Virus record (IMG/VR): IMGVR_UViG_2775507102_000001
Coordinates: 274 to 64,273 of that record
Length of the DNA stretch: 64,000 nucleotides
Source: a virus
Lineage: Duplodnaviria > Caudoviricetes
Strand: one strand, 5' to 3'
The notes beneath the pieces were generated by a model that did not search any database, was not told the origin of the DNA, and worked only from the letters and a program-made list of their open reading frames with translations. Of the stretch, positions 8,252 to 18,067 are shown in pieces; position 1 is the first letter of the stretch, and each line of letters begins with the position of its first letter. A program made the translations under genes and the position numbers.

Positions 8252-10489
8252 TCACCTCATTCGCCGGTCGAGGAGCACGTCTTCCCAGGTGGCGTACACG
8301 TCTTGCAGGTCCACCCAGGTCGTGAACTCGGTGAGCACGTCCTGCCAGGTGCGGCCGGCGGCGCCGTTGACGCCGAGGTTGACGGGCATGTCGGCTTCGG
8401 TGAGCGGCAGCGTCCAGGCCCGCCACTGCTCCTGTGCGAGCGCACCGACCCGGGCTTCGGTGACCTGGGCGACGTTGACGTACATGTCGGCCACACCCAT
8501 CCCCGGGGCGGCCTGCCAGAGCAGGGTGTTGCCGGAGTCGAGCAGCAGGTGCAGGGCTGCCCGCTCCTCGTCCGAGCGGGTCCAGATGGCGAGTTCCCCT
8601 TCGAGGCCCTGCCGTTTGCCGCTCAGGACCACCTTGTTGCGGCGCCCCCGGACGATGAAGGCGGCCTGTTCGATGGGGCGCTGCCAGTCCGGTGCACGCT
8701 GCACCACGACCAAACAGTTGCGCTGCGGATTGCCCGGGTCCTTTAGCCAGGCCGTGTTGAGGTCGGCCAGGTCCAGCGTGAGGGCTCCCGAGGAGCGGGT
8801 GCCGTGGACGACACCGCTCGGGTTGTAGATCGTCATCGCGTAGTAGTACTGCACCCCGAGCGGCGCTTCGTGGTCCTCGATGACGAGCAGGTCGGAGGTG
8901 ACGGGCTGCCGGTCGATGAGGCCGGATGGTCCGCGCACGAGGGTGCGGGTTCCGTCCGCGGCGACACGCTGCACGGTGATCGTGTAGTCGTCGAGGGGCA
9001 GTTCACGCAGCGTCAGCGTGGCGTAACCGCCATCGGAGTGCTCCTCGACCGCGGTCTGCGGCAGCACTTCCCACAGCACGACCTGGTCAACGTGCAGCAC
9101 GCTGGCCGTGGCGGCTGCGGTGACCACCAGCTCGATCGCGGCCTGTGTCGCTCCGGCGGGGGCTGTGCTGTCGGACGGTAGGACGTACCAGGCGCTGCCC
9201 GGCAGACCGTAGGAGACGCCGCCACTGGCGCCCAGGTCGTTGCCGGCGGCGTCGTACCAATGAGGCCGCACCACTACCGTCGCCCAGGTGCCAGCAGCCG
9301 GGTGGGCGAGGATCTGCGCTCTCCAGCTCACGCCCCCGGTGACCGGGAATTTCGCGGAGCGGATCGTCGAGGCGCTGGCGGTCGACGAGGTGATGGCCAG
9401 CGAGTAGGCGCCCTCGAAGTAGCTGCTGCCCCACGGGCTGGTGCGGGCGAGCGTTGCCACGCCGCTGGCCACGGTCCATCCGGCGACGCCCTGCTCGAAC
9501 GAGCCGTCCGCATACGGGACGACGGTGCCGGCCTGCAGTTCGGGTGCGACGCCGATGACGATGGTCTCCAGCCGCAGTACCTGCCCCGCCGACGCGCCGT
9601 CCAGGCCCGCGGCGAGGGAGCAGGTGGCTGCGTTGGCGGGCGCCGTGTCGGAGACGCGCTGCCGGTACATGCCGGTCGCCGGGGTCGGCGGCGCCAGCAC
9701 CGAGCGGGTGGCCTGGATCTGGTTGCCATTGGTGTCGTAGAACCTGAGCTCGATCCAGGCGACGGAGGCGACCGTGGGCGGCTGCATGTAGGCGTAGGCC
9801 AGATACTCCTGGCCCGGCGTGACCGCAGGCCGCTCCACGGACAGGATGGAGGCGTTACCCGCGGCCACCGCGGTCATCGCCAGCGTCTGCCCGCCCGCGG
9901 TGTAGTTGGTGACCGCCCAGTTCACGACCGGCACCTGCCGGGTGATGGACGCGTTGACGACCGGCGTCCAGCCGGAGGCGTCGACCTCGCTGCTCTCGGT
10001 GTTGAAGGGCAGCAGGTTGCCGAGGGTCCGGATGGGTGCGCCGAGGTAGATGTTCTCCCAGAAGTGGGAGACATTCGCCGCCGTCTCGGTGGACGACAGC
10101 ACCACTTGCGCACGCGTTGCCGCGCCCGGGGCCACTCCTGCTACGGAGACGCGGTGCCATCCCGAGGAGGACGCCATCGTCGGCACCGACCAGGTGGTGT
10201 TGACTTCCCAGCCGACACTGTTGAGCCACCGGATCCCGATCCGTTCCGGCACCACGCCCGCTGTGTCGGCGAACGTGTAGTAGACGGTGCCTGCCGTCAC
10301 GGGATAGCTGGAGACGGTGCGGGCTTGCATCTCCCCCGCCGCCACCGACTTCACAGCCAGGCAGCCACCGCCGCCCGTCCTCCCTCCAACGCCCATGTTG
10401 ATCGTGCAGTTGAGCTTGGACGTCCAGCCCGACGTGTTCGGGTCGATGGTCTCCGTCGTAGCCGACAACAGGTTCCCGGGGATCGCCAT
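8252..10489 (-). CDS. Distal-tail-like protein with repeated carbohydrate-binding-like beta domains
   Basis: ATG 10489 overlaps TMP stop; 745 aa; three related NLL....S.E...SGW...W.N..G..I modules. Confidence 0.8.
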   Translation of the reverse strand: MAIPGNLLSATTETIDPNTSGWTSKLNCTINMGVGGRTGGGGCLAVKSVAAGEMQARTVSSYPVTAGTVYYTFADTAGVVPERIGIRWLNSVGWEVNTTWSVPTMASSSGWHRVSVAGVAPGAATRAQVVLSSTETAANVSHFWENIYLGAPIRTLGNLLPFNTESSEVDASGWTPVVNASITRQVPVVNWAVTNYTAGGQTLAMTAVAAGNASILSVERPAVTPGQEYLAYAYMQPPTVASVAWIELRFYDTNGNQIQATRSVLAPPTPATGMYRQRVSDTAPANAATCSLAAGLDGASAGQVLRLETIVIGVAPELQAGTVVPYADGSFEQGVAGWTVASGVATLARTSPWGSSYFEGAYSLAITSSTASASTIRSAKFPVTGGVSWRAQILAHPAAGTWATVVVRPHWYDAAGNDLGASGGVSYGLPGSAWYVLPSDSTAPAGATQAAIELVVTAAATASVLHVDQVVLWEVLPQTAVEEHSDGGYATLTLRELPLDDYTITVQRVAADGTRTLVRGPSGLIDRQPVTSDLLVIEDHEAPLGVQYYYAMTIYNPSGVVHGTRSSGALTLDLADLNTAWLKDPGNPQRNCLVVVQRAPDWQRPIEQAAFIVRGRRNKVVLSGKRQGLEGELAIWTRSDEERAALHLLLDSGNTLLWQAAPGMGVADMYVNVAQVTEARVGALAQEQWRAWTLPLTEADMPVNLGVNGAAGRTWQDVLTEFTTWVDLQDVYATWEDVLLDRRMR

Positions 10490-13400
10490 CAGGCCCTCCT
10501 CCCACCACGGCCGGCAGCCATCACCAGACGATCCCGCTCCATGACCACCTGCTGCGCCTCGCCACGCACCCGACCAAGGAACTCGCCGGAGTCGAGGTAG
10601 AGGTCGCCCTCGAATTTGGCTGGGCCCCCAGATCCTTGGCGTGCCGCCAGGGAGGTGAGAGCGTTCGCCTGCGCTGCCGTGAAGACCGGCTCGGGCCGGC
10701 CGGTGCCGTTGTAGGCGAGGTTCATGCCGGGCTGCAGGTAGCCGCCGCTGTCGTAGCTGCCGGGTTTGAAGCCGTACCAGTCGGTGAACAGCGGGCTGTT
10801 GTAGCCGCGAGCCCGCGGGCCGACGACGACTCCCTCGCCACCCCTGGACTCGACCTTGGTCTTGCCCAGGGTGCCGGCCGTGTGGCCGACGCCGGCGTTC
10901 GTGATGCCGATGCGAAACGGGCTGTTGCCGTTCTTCACCCACCCGGGAGGCGCCGTGCGGCCGGAGAAGGCGCCCGTCGCCCAGCGGCGACGGTTCGGCT
11001 TCTGGCCCCGGATGACGTTCTCGATGGCGCCCATGAACCCAGAGCAGTCGAACCCCTTCGGCCCGACCCCGCCCCAGATGTACGGCTTGTCGGCCTGAGC
11101 CTTCGCCCACCGGAGCGCCGCCTGAATCTTCGGCCCGCCGATGCCGCCAGCGCCCCGCTTGTCGGCCTCCTTGCTGTAGCCGAACAGCGTGTCCAGGATT
11201 TTCGTCGGGATGCGGCGGACCAGGCGCCCGATGCCCGTGTCCATGCCAGGGAACGATGCGAGCAGCGGGTCGACGACATTCTTGACGCCCGCGCGGGCCG
11301 ACGCCTCCAGCGTGTCCTTCAACCAGCTGGCGGCCTCCTTCACCTTGTTCCACACCGCCGAGCCAGCACCCGCCACAGACGCAGCCTTCGACTTGATCCA
11401 CCCGAAGATGCCGCCGTCGGCGAACCGCTGCACCACGCCGCCGCCCGCGTAGCGCAGGGAGGTGTCGGTCGGGGTGTTCGGGTTACCGCCGAGCATCGGC
11501 GCCAGGGCCTCCTTGACGCCCTGGGCGCCCCGCGATCGGGCGATGCGGTTGAAGTAGCCGACGAACCCGGAGCCGACCGCGCGGGTGAACTCCGGCCGCA
11601 TGATGGCCTCGCCACCCGACAGCTCAAGCTGGCCACCGGTCGGGGACACGAAGCGGTGCACGTCCCGGCCCGGGGTGTAGCCGGGCATGATGCCGCCAGA
11701 GGCGAACGTGAATCTGTCCAGCTTCGGCGCCCCGAATGCGCTCGCGACCTTGTTCCAGACGCCGCGGATGCCGTTGTTGTAGACGACGTCCACGACGTAC
11801 TGGACGGGCTCGCGCGCCACCCCCTTCAGCTTGTCCCATGCGATCTTGATGGCCTTGCGTGCCGACTCGAAGGCGTCACCGACACTCTTCACCGCCGACT
11901 TGATCGCGTTGAAGGCGGGCCGCAGCCCCTTGGTCCAAGCGATGGTGGCCACGGACACAATGCCGTCCCAGGCAGGCTTCAGCGCGTTCTTCCACAGCCA
12001 CATGCCCTGCTGGCCGACTGCCTGCATGCCCTCGCGGATGGCCCTGAAAATGGGCCGCAGGACGTTGCTCCACAGCCATCTGGCGCCGGCCTCGATACCG
12101 GCCCAGGCGGGCTTGATGGCGTTGTTCCACAGCCACTTCGCCTTGTCGCCGATCCACTGGAAGGCCGGACGGAAGGCGTTGTTCCACAACCACATGGCGA
12201 TCGCGCCGATGGCCTCAAAGGCCGGTTTGATCGCGTTGGACCACAGCCACATGGCGATGGCTCCGACCAGCTTGATCACGGCATAGATCGGCAGGAACAC
12301 GATCGTGACGAGCGCCGTGAGGAGGATCCTCCCAACGAGGACGATGCCATCGAACGCGGGCTTTATGGCGTTCGACCACAGCCACATCGCCCAGCGGCCG
12401 ACCGTCTGCAGGCCGCTCCAGATGGCCGTGAATACCGGCTTGAGAGCGTTGTTCCACAGCCATAGGGCGGCGACTTGGATCGCCGACCACACCGCTTGTA
12501 CGGCGGTGCGGAACCACTCGAAGCGCCGGTACAGGTAGATGACGGCGAGCACCACAGCGCCGATCGCGAGGACGATCCAGCCCCAAGGGCCCGCCATCGA
12601 GATCAGGTTGAAGGCGGCCATGGCGCCGTTCACGATCAGCATGGTCCCTGCCCAGAGGCGTGTCACCACGAACAGGCCCCACATGGCGATGACCAGCTCG
12701 GGCACGTTCGTCGCCAGCGAGCTGATGCCCTCCGCCATCAGGCCGAGCACCTTGAGCAGCGGACCCGAGACGGGTTCGAGCGCCCGCCCGATGTCGATGA
12801 ACGCTGTGGCGATCTTGCCAAGCGCTTCGGCGAGGAGCGGACCGTGCTTCGACGAGTACGCGAGGAACCGCTCGAACTCCGGGCTCCCCTTCAAACTGGT
12901 CCCCCAGGTCGCGAACCGCCTGGTGATCGTTTGCATGCGCTCCGAGATGGAGTCCATGTGAGGCAGGAAGGCGCTGATCACGCCCGTCATGCCCTTGAAG
13001 ATGTTGCCGAAGCTGACGCCGAGCCCTGTGATCGCGGGCTTGATGGAGCCCTCCAGGTCGGCCTTGAACTCCTTCCACCAGGGGGACTTGAAGCCTGCGC
13101 TCGCCCGGTCCTGTAGACCCTTGATGGCGTCTGCGGCCTCCTTCACGAACGGCGTCAACCCCGGCAGAGAGTTCTTCAGGCCCTCGAGAGCCCGCGTGAA
13201 GATGGGCATCACCGCGGGCTGCAAGGCGCGGGACCAGTCCGAGAACGCGCTCTTCAGGTCGAGGAGCGCGTTGAACGTTTCCCGTGCCGCCGGAGTGAGC
13301 TTCGCCAACTCCTGCTGGTACTTGGCCTGCGCGATGGCAGCCTGATCCACACCCCCGGCCGCCGAAAGCGACGCGGAGGCTATCTGACGCTGGGCTGATG

Positions 13401-15018
13401 CGATCGAATCCGCAGCCGACTGTTGCGCCTCGGCCAGTTGCTCCTGGGCGCGGGCTACCGAGCGGGCCCCCTCCTCCTGGGTGAGGGCGACGTTCCGCTG
13501 CGCCTCCGCCACCTCATGCTGGGCCTCGACCTGCTGGCGGGCAGCATCCTGGCGGGCTTGGGTGAGCTCACGCTGCTGGTCGGCGATCGCTTCATCGGTC
13601 TGCCGAACACGCTCCTGCGCGTCCTGCACCGTCTTAGAGCCCTCGACGCCTGCCTTGTTCGCCGCCGCCGTCTCCTGCTTCAGCCGGGCCGTCTCCCGCT
13701 TCTGGTCTTCAAGCCCTTGCTTTGCCCGGTCGTACCGGAGTTGCGCGCGTTCCAGCTCGTCTGCGGTTGCTGCTGAACCCTTCGCCCTCACGGCGTTGAG
13801 TTCCCGCTCGGCGTCCTCCACATCGAGGACGGCTTGCCGCTGGTCCAGCTGGGCACCTGCGAGCCTGCTGTTGAGGTCCTCCAGCTCCCGTGCCGCCGTC
13901 CGCCGCGCGGCCGTCAGGTCCTCCTGAGCCTGACGTGCGTCCCGCTGGGCGTCCGCCAGGGATTCCTCGGCGCGGCTGACCTGCTCGGCGGCCTGACGCT
14001 GCCGGTCTGCGGCCTGCTGCACGGCGTCGGCCAACTGCTGCTTGGCCCGCCGGTTCGCCTCCGATGCGGAGCGCACCGCGTCGGCGACACCCTGCTCGGC
14101 CTGCCGGATCTGGCGTGCCGCGTTGCGGTGCGCGGACGCGAGGGACTGCTGTGCAGACGCCATCTGCAGCGACCGCTGCGCCGCCTGCGAGGAGGCCTGG
14201 CCGCCCTTCAGCGTGGCGGTGGTGGCCGCGTCCTGGGCTGCCTTCTGCGCCTGCATGACCTTGCTCATTTGGACGAACGCCGGCACAGCCACGAGTGCGA
14301 TGGACCCGATACCCGCAGCCGCGGCGGTGGCTGCTGCGGCGATCGCGCCGAGGCCGGCTGCGACCACCGGCAGGGCCGGGATGATCGCCGGGCCGAACAG
14401 AATGGCCGCCTGGTACAGCATCCGCATGTTCGCCGTCGCCGAGTGGGTGTCGACATCGATGTTGGCGGTCTGACCGTCCAGGCGGTTCACCTGTGCCTGG
14501 ATCGCGGCCAGGGTCGTGGCGGCACTCGCCGCGTCAACGCGGATCGCCACATCAGCGTCCGATGCAGACAGCCTCTGCAGACGCTGCTGCAGGTGGTTGA
14601 TCGCCGCGACGGCGTCAGCGGAGCTGATGTCGATGCCGATCCGGGCATCCTGAAGCGCCTGAAGCTGGCGGCGGATGTTGTAGATCTCCCGCTGGGCGTC
14701 CGTGCTGTTGGCGTGCAGCCGGACTTCCGGCAGGTTTCGCAGCGCCGTCTCAAGGGTGGTGCGCAGCGAGCGGGCGAAGGTGCTGCCAGTGGCCTGGCCC
14801 TGCCGGGCGGCCGGGGCTTGTGCGGTCCGGCCGCCGGTGGTGACGCCGTTGCGGATGGCCTGAGCGACCTGCGTGGAAATGTGCCGGCCGATGATGCGGC
14901 CGACCTCGTCCCCGACCTGGTCCGCCGCGGGGATCAGGCTGCGCTGCAACTGCGCGCGGATTCCCCGCGTGTTGGGGACGACGTCGACCTCGACGGAACC
15001 AACGCTGATGGCGGCCAC
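10489..15018 (-). CDS. Tape measure protein with C-terminal NlpC/P60-like domain
   Basis: 1509 aa; long Ala/Gln/Arg coiled coil, W-x(10) repeats, KPYIWGG.GP.GFDCSG...GHT. Confidence 0.93.
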   Translation of the reverse strand: MAAISVGSVEVDVVPNTRGIRAQLQRSLIPAADQVGDEVGRIIGRHISTQVAQAIRNGVTTGGRTAQAPAARQGQATGSTFARSLRTTLETALRNLPEVRLHANSTDAQREIYNIRRQLQALQDARIGIDISSADAVAAINHLQQRLQRLSASDADVAIRVDAASAATTLAAIQAQVNRLDGQTANIDVDTHSATANMRMLYQAAILFGPAIIPALPVVAAGLGAIAAAATAAAAGIGSIALVAVPAFVQMSKVMQAQKAAQDAATTATLKGGQASSQAAQRSLQMASAQQSLASAHRNAARQIRQAEQGVADAVRSASEANRRAKQQLADAVQQAADRQRQAAEQVSRAEESLADAQRDARQAQEDLTAARRTAARELEDLNSRLAGAQLDQRQAVLDVEDAERELNAVRAKGSAATADELERAQLRYDRAKQGLEDQKRETARLKQETAAANKAGVEGSKTVQDAQERVRQTDEAIADQQRELTQARQDAARQQVEAQHEVAEAQRNVALTQEEGARSVARAQEQLAEAQQSAADSIASAQRQIASASLSAAGGVDQAAIAQAKYQQELAKLTPAARETFNALLDLKSAFSDWSRALQPAVMPIFTRALEGLKNSLPGLTPFVKEAADAIKGLQDRASAGFKSPWWKEFKADLEGSIKPAITGLGVSFGNIFKGMTGVISAFLPHMDSISERMQTITRRFATWGTSLKGSPEFERFLAYSSKHGPLLAEALGKIATAFIDIGRALEPVSGPLLKVLGLMAEGISSLATNVPELVIAMWGLFVVTRLWAGTMLIVNGAMAAFNLISMAGPWGWIVLAIGAVVLAVIYLYRRFEWFRTAVQAVWSAIQVAALWLWNNALKPVFTAIWSGLQTVGRWAMWLWSNAIKPAFDGIVLVGRILLTALVTIVFLPIYAVIKLVGAIAMWLWSNAIKPAFEAIGAIAMWLWNNAFRPAFQWIGDKAKWLWNNAIKPAWAGIEAGARWLWSNVLRPIFRAIREGMQAVGQQGMWLWKNALKPAWDGIVSVATIAWTKGLRPAFNAIKSAVKSVGDAFESARKAIKIAWDKLKGVAREPVQYVVDVVYNNGIRGVWNKVASAFGAPKLDRFTFASGGIMPGYTPGRDVHRFVSPTGGQLELSGGEAIMRPEFTRAVGSGFVGYFNRIARSRGAQGVKEALAPMLGGNPNTPTDTSLRYAGGGVVQRFADGGIFGWIKSKAASVAGAGSAVWNKVKEAASWLKDTLEASARAGVKNVVDPLLASFPGMDTGIGRLVRRIPTKILDTLFGYSKEADKRGAGGIGGPKIQAALRWAKAQADKPYIWGGVGPKGFDCSGFMGAIENVIRGQKPNRRRWATGAFSGRTAPPGWVKNGNSPFRIGITNAGVGHTAGTLGKTKVESRGGEGVVVGPRARGYNSPLFTDWYGFKPGSYDSGGYLQPGMNLAYNGTGRPEPVFTAAQANALTSLAARQGSGGPAKFEGDLYLDSGEFLGRVRGEAQQVVMERDRLVMAAGRGGRRA

Positions 15019-15037
15019 GGCACCTCCCCCCGTGGCG

Positions 15038-15493
15038 CTACTCGGCGCCCCCCTGGATGAGTTTGAGCAACGTGTCCGCGCTCTTCTCGGTCAGCTTCGC
15101 CTTCGCCTTGCGCGGCTTCGTGCCAGGCCGGCGGATCGGCTCAGGCGGATCCGGGCGTTGCGACTTCTTCTCGATGTTCACGGTCCACAGCGCCCACTCC
15201 ATGTGGGCCACCCGGTCCGCTACGACCGCGACGAGCTGCTCCAGCTGAGACCAACGGGCCTTCTCCGGCTCGCCTTTCTCGCCCTGCTTGGCGAGGTCAT
15301 CGGGGTCCATGGCGTTGCGCAGCGCCGTCCACGTGGCCGACTCGGGCGGTAGGTGCTGGATGAGGATCCGCAAACGCCGCCACGACATGCGCCCGCGGTG
15401 AACGTCGAGAACATCGACGCCCCGTTCCAGCAGGTCAGCCTCTACCGCTTCCGCGTGCTGCGTGAGGACCTCGAAGGTCCACTGGATTTCCCC
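15038..15493 (-). CDS. Tail assembly chaperone, -1 frameshift extension (G-T fusion part)
   Basis: Open -1 frame from GGGGAAA (15493-15487) reading GEIQWTFEVLTQHAEAVEADLLERG...MSWRRLRILIQHLPPESAT. Confidence 0.85.
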   Translation of the reverse strand, partial: GEIQWTFEVLTQHAEAVEADLLERGVDVLDVHRGRMSWRRLRILIQHLPPESATWTALRNAMDPDDLAKQGEKGEPEKARWSQLEQLVAVVADRVAHMEWALWTVNIEKKSQRPDPPEPIRRPGTKPRKAKAKLTEKSADTLLKLIQGGAE

Positions 15494-15792
15494 AGGGCCT
15501 CACCGCTGATGCGGCTGACGTCGGCGACGAACTTGCCGAAGCCGTCCATGGTCGGATCGAGCTCCTCGTAGATCTCGAAGTCGTCGGGGTGGAGGTTGGT
15601 CTCCATGAAGGTGTCGACGTCGCCGGAGTTGAGGGCGCGGATCGTCGAGGCGCGCCACCGTCCGGAGGGCACGCAGCGGACGTCCTTGGTGACGCCATCG
15701 TGCCCGGCGAGCGGGACGGTGACGTACTCCTGCTCGTCGGCCTCGGCTTCCTGGGCGCGAGCGGCTTCGATCTGGTCTTTGGTGGCGGGCAT
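15442..15792 (-). CDS. Tail assembly chaperone (G)
   Basis: 116 aa acidic, between major tail and TMP; ends LGKSSGPSRSSRSTRKR. Confidence 0.88.
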   Translation of the reverse strand: MPATKDQIEAARAQEAEADEQEYVTVPLAGHDGVTKDVRCVPSGRWRASTIRALNSGDVDTFMETNLHPDDFEIYEELDPTMDGFGKFVADVSRISGEALGKSSGPSRSSRSTRKR

Positions 15793-15831
15793 GGCGCGGG
15801 CCTCCTTCGTTCAGGGCGCGGGCAAGGGGAA

Positions 15832-15874
15832 GGTGGACGGGCCGGGCCCGCGCCAGGGTGGCGGCCCGTCCACC
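15832..15874 (-). terminator. Stem-loop after major tail gene (attenuator or mRNA stabiliser)
   Basis: Perfect 13-bp stem GGTGGACGGGCCG / CGGCCCGTCCACC, 17-nt loop. Confidence 0.55.
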
Positions 15875-15877
15875 AGC

Positions 15878-16465
15878 TCAGGACCCGGTGTAGGCCTCGG
15901 TCTCCGGGACGCGGTCGAAGTGGTAGACCGTGTTGCCGGCGGTGTCCGGGTAGGCGGTGATCGTCCACTCGAAGCCGGCGATCTCGTCCTGCTTGTGGGT
16001 GACGTCCGAGCGCTCCGTGATTTCACCCTCGGGCACGTAGAAGCCGCGTTGGAAGTTGTCGCCGTCGAGGACGACGAACCAGAACGCCCTGCGGTCCGGC
16101 ACGGGGGATGCGGTCTCGGCGAACGTGGTCAGGCCCGACGTCGGGGCCAGGTCGGCGCTGTCGATGCGGTACTGCAGCGACTGCACCGTGGTACGGCCGG
16201 TCTCCCACACCGTCAGCCCGAACGTGCGCAGCGAACTGGTGATGGTGGTGCGGATCGGGGCGGTGTAGCCCCAGGGGGTGAAGGACTGGGTGTCCTCCTC
16301 GAACCCCTGCACCAGGCCGTCGTCGCTGATGGCGCCGAGCGGCAGCCACGGCGACGCCGGCTGAATGGCCGGGTCTCCGGGCGAGGTGCTACCGAGGGGT
16401 GCGACCCAGCCGCCGCCGTTCGCGCCGACTTCCAGAAGGTCCGCCGCGCGGGTGATCGAAACCAT
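15878..16465 (-). CDS. Major tail protein
   Basis: 195 aa; WLPLGAISDDGL, F...ET, ITERSDVTHK......FEWTITAYPD..G. Confidence 0.9.
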   Translation of the reverse strand: MVSITRAADLLEVGANGGGWVAPLGSTSPGDPAIQPASPWLPLGAISDDGLVQGFEEDTQSFTPWGYTAPIRTTITSSLRTFGLTVWETGRTTVQSLQYRIDSADLAPTSGLTTFAETASPVPDRRAFWFVVLDGDNFQRGFYVPEGEITERSDVTHKQDEIAGFEWTITAYPDTAGNTVYHFDRVPETEAYTGS

Positions 16466-16539
16466 GAAGGGTCTCCAGACATGCGAAGACCCCGCGGCAG
16501 GCGGGGTCGGGAAACAGGGTCCGGCGCGGGCCCAGCCGG

Positions 16540-16941
16540 TCAGGAGACCGGGTGACTGTAGATCTCGTAGACCGCCCCGACACGGCGGAGCGATGTGTTC
16601 TCGTAGGGGCGGACGCCAGGCGCGCTGATCGTGCCCACCCGGCTGACCACAGCCGCGTCCGTCGAGGTGCCACGCAGCTCGACGAGTAGCAGACCGCGGA
16701 TGGTCGCCGACAGGGCGATCGCCTCTGCGCGCGTCGCGGCGTACACGTCGATGTCGATGAAGGCCCGGTCGAGCCGGATCCCGTCATCACCGCCTGAGGG
16801 GATCCGCTGAACCTGCACCGTGGGCAGTTCGTTGAGGAGGTTGTTGTCCGTCTCGTCGCGGACGACGACGCCCGGGTCGAGGCGGGCGCGAAGCCACACG
16901 ATGACCTCCAACTCGACATCGACCGAGCCGACGGTGGCCAT
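16540..16941 (-). CDS. Tail terminator protein
   Basis: 133 aa; LPTVQVQRIPSGGDDG..LDRAFIDIDVYA; synteny. Confidence 0.8.
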   Translation of the reverse strand: MATVGSVDVELEVIVWLRARLDPGVVVRDETDNNLLNELPTVQVQRIPSGGDDGIRLDRAFIDIDVYAATRAEAIALSATIRGLLLVELRGTSTDAAVVSRVGTISAPGVRPYENTSLRRVGAVYEIYSHPVS

Positions 16942-17270
16942 CAGTCACCGCCCGAGGCGGCTGCGGCCCGCAGCAGCACGTGATGGGCCGGGACCCGCTC
17001 GGTGCCGTACTCCACCCAGCGGGCGTAGTAGGTCGGATTGCGCACGTAGGCGACGGCCCGGTCACGGCGACGGCCACCGCGCTTCGTGCTCGACACCTCC
17101 CATGCCCCCTTGTACTGACCAGGGTGGGGATCCCGAGCGGAGCCGACCGGGGACAGGGTCACGGCAGTGGCCTTGATGTCCTCCGCCCGGCGCACCAGTT
17201 CACCACGGATCATCTCCGACCGCAGCAGCTGGCCCACGCCCTTGCGCTTCATCTTGAATCGCGCAGCCAT
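16941..17270 (-). CDS. HK97 gp10-like neck protein
   Basis: YARWVEYGT motif; synteny. Confidence 0.8.
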   Translation of the reverse strand: MAARFKMKRKGVGQLLRSEMIRGELVRRAEDIKATAVTLSPVGSARDPHPGQYKGAWEVSSTKRGGRRRDRAVAYVRNPTYYARWVEYGTERVPAHHVLLRAAAASGGD

Positions 17271-17278
17271 GACGCCTC

Positions 17279-17641
17279 CTAGCCCGTGACCCGGTCCGCG
17301 GCGAACTGCACGACCCCGCGCAGCCCGGTGAAGGGATTGCAGCCCCAGTCGCCGGGCTCGCCCGTGATCTCACAAGTGACGCCGCGGATGCGAGCCTTGT
17401 CCGTGGTGTGGATGACTGTCCCGGCAGGGGCGTACACCGTCCAGCCGACGATGACAGTGTCCCTGCCCTGCTGCTCCGAGCCGCCCACCGCTGGGGTCTG
17501 CTCGCGCGGCGCGACGACGCAGCCGGGGACATCGAACGACTCATCCGGGCCGGGTAGCGGCTGCCCGCGCGGATCCCGCCCGGGCGAGGGGCCGGTGCGC
17601 ACGATCCGCACCGTCTCCCCGAACGGATACGGGGCGGGCAT
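17279..17641 (-). CDS. Head closure / head-to-tail stopper
   Basis: 120 aa; TVYAPAGTVIHTTDKARIRG...EITGEP. Confidence 0.75.
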   Translation of the reverse strand: MPAPYPFGETVRIVRTGPSPGRDPRGQPLPGPDESFDVPGCVVAPREQTPAVGGSEQQGRDTVIVGWTVYAPAGTVIHTTDKARIRGVTCEITGEPGDWGCNPFTGLRGVVQFAADRVTG

Positions 17642-18058
17642 CTACACCCACCCCCAGCCCGGCTCGTACTCCAGCGGCGGGCCATAGCCGTCGTCGACCG
17701 GGTAAGTCGGCGACGGATCCGCTGTAGCCGGAGTCGGATCCACAGTGAACGCGCCGCCTCGGCCGGCCGCGCTCTTCAGGGCGGCCTTGTCGGCCCGTGT
17801 CAGATACAGGCCGCCCGAGCCGGACGGGCGCTGCACCGACATGGGGCCGATCGTCTCGTAGGAAACCTGCTGCGGATTGACGTAGGCCCGGCCGGCGGCC
17901 GACAGGACCACTGCCGTGGCCTGGTTGGGAAGCGGCTTGACTACGGTCTCGCACAGAGCCACAGCCTGCTCGATCAGCAGATCCGCGCGAGGGCCGTCGA
18001 TTTCCATCATTCCCAGGTACAGGCCGAGCTGCTCCGCTGTCGGTGCCACGAACGCCAC
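17642..18058 (-). CDS. Head-to-tail adaptor
   Basis: 138 aa; AGRAYVNPQQVSYETIGPMS. Confidence 0.8.
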   Translation of the reverse strand: MAFVAPTAEQLGLYLGMMEIDGPRADLLIEQAVALCETVVKPLPNQATAVVLSAAGRAYVNPQQVSYETIGPMSVQRPSGSGGLYLTRADKAALKSAAGRGGAFTVDPTPATADPSPTYPVDDGYGPPLEYEPGWGWV

Positions 18059-18067
18059 AGCGACCTC

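Noticed and set aside
8252-11401. 1049-aa version of the tail protein from the ORF track
   Set aside because: First ~300 residues overlap the tape measure in another frame; real start is ATG 10489 with GGAGG RBS
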